Of a DNA stretch of 62,283 nucleotides, positions 59,640 to 62,283 are shown piece by piece (positions within the stretch are counted from its first letter, which is position 1; every line of letters starts with the position of its first letter). Origin of the DNA: Fibrobacteria bacterium (GTDB lineage: Bacteria; Fibrobacterota; Chitinivibrionia; Chitinivibrionales; FEN-1185); the NCBI GenBank assembly GCA_037447435.1, contig JBBIGR010000030.1, positions 1 through 62,283 of the forward strand, given 5' to 3'. The notes under the pieces are model-generated. The model worked only from the letters and a program-made list of their open reading frames with translations. It made no database searches and had not been told where the DNA came from. A program made the position numbers and the translations under genes.

Positions 59640-61277
59640 ATGACGAACAAGAAAACGAAACTTGAATTAAATTGGATCGGAAAAGAAAACCGGCCCAAAC
59701 TTGAACCACGAATTCTTATTGAAGATCCCGGCAAAAGCTACCATGCAAAATACCGTATGTCAAAGATGGATTCCTTCGATAATAAATTGATTTTCGGTGA
59801 TAATTTACTTGCATTAAAAGCAATAGAGCAGGAGTATGCGGGTAAGGTAAAATGTGTGTTTATTGATCCGCCATATAACACAGGAAGTGCATTCACTCAT
59901 TATGATGATGGGATAGAGCATTCAATCTGGTTAAGCTTATTAAGGGATAGGCTTGAGCTAATCCGTCAATTACTTAGTATAGATGGTTCAATATGGATTA
60001 CGATTGATGATAACGAAGCACATTATCTAAAGATTTTATGTGATGAAATATTCGGTCGGTCCAATTTTTTATGCGATATTGCATGGGAAAAAAGATATTC
60101 GCCACCACCTGATACAAAAGACTTCGGTTACATTCATGATCATATCTTATGCTATAGAAAAACAAGCCAATTTCAGCGGAACTTGTTACCATTGACAGAA
60201 GATCAAACTGGCCGCTATAAAAATCCAGACAATGACTTAAGAGGACCCTGGAAGGCAATGGACTATACTTGCCGATATACAGCAGATGAACGCCCAAACC
60301 TCTATTACCCTATTACCCAGCCCAACACAGGAGAAACAATCTGGCCTAAAAAAACGCGTGTATGGGCCATGTCAAAAGAAAACCATTTACTTAATGAAAG
60401 AAATAAGAGTATTTGGTGGGGTACTGATGGCAAAAATTCGGTACCGGCATTAAAGAATTTCCTGAGTGAAATAAAGCAAGGCATGATGCCCATGTCTTTG
60501 TGGAAACACACACTCACAGGCCATACTCAGGATGCTAAAAAAGAAATGCTGGCACTTTACGGGAAGGATTTTTTCAGTACTCCTAAGCCGGAAAAATTAC
60601 TGAATGTTATACTCCATATCGCAACTAATCCCGGCGATCTTGTTCTCGACTCCTTCGCCGGTTCCGGCACCACCGGCGCCGTAGCCCACAAAATGGGCCG
60701 CCGCTGGATTATGGTTGAACTCGGTGAACACTGCCATACGCATATAATCCCAAGGCTAAAAAAGGTTATTGATGGCGAAGATAAAGGCGGCATCACCGAA
60801 TCCGTTTCTTGGAAAGGCGGTGGTGGTTTCCGATATTACCGGTTAGCCCCATCATTACTCTTAAAAGACAAATGGGGTAACTACGTTATCAATAAAGAAT
60901 TCAATCCGACTATGCTTGCCGAAGCTCTTTGCAAACTGGAAGGATTTACCTATTCACCATCAGATTCTCTTTATTGGCAGCAAGGCCACTCAACCGAGCG
61001 CGATTTTATTTACGTAACAACACAGACGCTCACGCACGAGCAACTACAACAGTTAAGCGAGGAGGTTGGCACAGACCGCTCCCTTCTTGTTCTTTGCCTT
61101 GCTTTTCGTGGTGCTGCAGACCGTTTTCCCAATTTAACTATAAAGAAAATACCCAAGCAGGTACTTTCGCGCTGCGAATGGGGACACGACGATTACAGTT
61201 TAAAAATAGAGAACCTTCCCAAGGCGCCGAAAGATGTACAACCGCAAACGAGCCTTTTTGAGGAGGAGGAAGAATGA
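59640..61277 (+). CDS. mod: type III RM modification subunit (beta-class adenine methyltransferase)
   Basis: KLELNWIGK, GDNLLALK, IDPPYNTG preceding TPKPE and DSFAGSGTTG, WKGGGGF. Confidence 0.93.
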   Translation: MTNKKTKLELNWIGKENRPKLEPRILIEDPGKSYHAKYRMSKMDSFDNKLIFGDNLLALKAIEQEYAGKVKCVFIDPPYNTGSAFTHYDDGIEHSIWLSLLRDRLELIRQLLSIDGSIWITIDDNEAHYLKILCDEIFGRSNFLCDIAWEKRYSPPPDTKDFGYIHDHILCYRKTSQFQRNLLPLTEDQTGRYKNPDNDLRGPWKAMDYTCRYTADERPNLYYPITQPNTGETIWPKKTRVWAMSKENHLLNERNKSIWWGTDGKNSVPALKNFLSEIKQGMMPMSLWKHTLTGHTQDAKKEMLALYGKDFFSTPKPEKLLNVILHIATNPGDLVLDSFAGSGTTGAVAHKMGRRWIMVELGEHCHTHIIPRLKKVIDGEDKGGITESVSWKGGGGFRYYRLAPSLLLKDKWGNYVINKEFNPTMLAEALCKLEGFTYSPSDSLYWQQGHSTERDFIYVTTQTLTHEQLQQLSEEVGTDRSLLVLCLAFRGAADRFPNLTIKKIPKQVLSRCEWGHDDYSLKIENLPKAPKDVQPQTSLFEEEEE

Positions 61278-62245
61278 AAACCTCGTTTCCTTTTCAGCCT
61301 GATAAACATGCCGACAATCTGTTTGAATCAATCAGCACAATTTGGAAAACTGCCCGAGAATATTCTTCCCGATCAATTAACGCCGCGCATTCCTGCGCGT
61401 GCTGGTTTTCCGGAAGACAAATCGTAGAATATGAGCAACACGGGGCCCGTAAAGGCGCCTACGGTGCAGGTGTTTTAAAGAGTATTTCTGAACGGCTTTC
61501 TAAACAGTATGGCATCGGTTTTTCTGTAAGCGGGCTGCAATATATGAGGGCATTTTATCGTGAATACCCCGAATACTTATCAATTCAACACGCAGTGCGT
61601 GTTAAATCTAACATCGAAACATCGTCGAAGAAACAACACGCAGTGCATGTCAAATCCGGCGATATTAAAGATGTTATTATGGATTTTTCAGCAATTCTCC
61701 ACGCTCCGAGTGAAATTTCCGACGCATTGCCTCGAAATTCTAATAGCGATAGTAGCAGAAAAAATACGGCATGGAAACCTGGGATTTTCAATCCGAATTT
61801 ATCATGGACACATTACAGGCAACTGATTAAAGTAAAAAGAATTGAAGCCCGCAACTTTTACGAAATAGAATCCATAAAAAACGGTTGGTCTGCGCGGCAA
61901 CTCGAACGGCAGATAGACTCTTTGCTCTTTGAGCGGCTGTTGAAAAGCCGGGACAAAAAAGGCGTTCTTGCACTTGCAAATAAAGGGCAGGAAATTTCAA
62001 AGCCAATTGACATTATAAAAGATCCCATTGTTCTGGAATTCCTCGATTTGCCCGAATCTCATCGTCTCAATGAGACACGACTCGAAACAGCCCTGATCTC
62101 AAAATTGAAAGACTTCCTTCTTGAACTTGGGAACGGGTTTGCATATGTTGGCCGCCAAAAAAGATTGACCTTGGAGGGTGACCATTTCTATCCGGATCTC
62201 GTCTTTTACCATATCAAGTTAAAATGTTATAGCCGCATCGCGTGA
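61274..62245 (+). pseudogene. DUF1016/YhcG PD-(D/E)xK nuclease-like gene, C-terminally truncated
   Basis: GRQIVEYEQ, YG, LSWTHY, WSARQLERQI, IKDP..LEFL, FLLELGNGF, DLVFYH; homology ends at KCY and a stop follows before the (D/E)LK motif. Confidence 0.75.
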
Positions 62246-62283
62246 TTTAATGGGTAACCCCAATATATTGTGTTTTAGTATTT

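Noticed and set aside
54943..61277. DISARM or BREX assignment
   Set aside because: No DrmA/DrmB (DUF1998), PLD, PglZ or BrxC genes in the window; the methyltransferase is type III Mod-like
1..62283. tRNA, rRNA, integrase or transposase genes
   Set aside because: None recognised by eye; a tRNAscan/Infernal run would be needed to exclude small RNAs

Overview
Bacterial genomic DNA with no rRNA, tRNA or CRISPR array that I can see. The protein repertoire (a secreted glycoside hydrolase with a T9SS/FlgD-like C-terminal tail, DUF4954, large Ig-like lipoproteins, Hanks kinases) suggests an FCB-group organism, possibly Fibrobacterota/Chitinivibrionia; that assignment is inference only. 1-17.2 kb is a minus-strand run: Ser/Thr kinase, secreted proteins, PAS histidine kinase, REC-HATPase regulator, a polyamine set (speD, two speE paralogues, fold-III ornithine/lysine decarboxylase), nitroreductase, RmlD-like SDR, glmS, ridA, scpA and a DTW protein. 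17.4-49.6 kb holds a serpin, an RNA m5U methyltransferase, DUF4954, two NfeD genes, an RND pump, a second kinase, a clan GH-A glycosidase, an 1133-aa protein with 14 tandem ~60-aa helical repeats, a DUF2089/SHOCT operon, a nucleotidyltransferase pair, a peptidase/propeller/barrel protein, a B12-radical-SAM + ketosynthase + chain-length-factor trio, a broken brnT-brnA pair and pirin. From ~50 kb to the end is a defence island: an AT-rich two-gene module (DUF262, then DUF262-HNH-Schlafen/AlbA_2), which is the best candidate for an undescribed system, then two attC-like elements around an orphan gene, then SNF2 helicase, AIPR, type III Mod and a truncated DUF1016 gene. All family calls come from motif recognition, not database searches.
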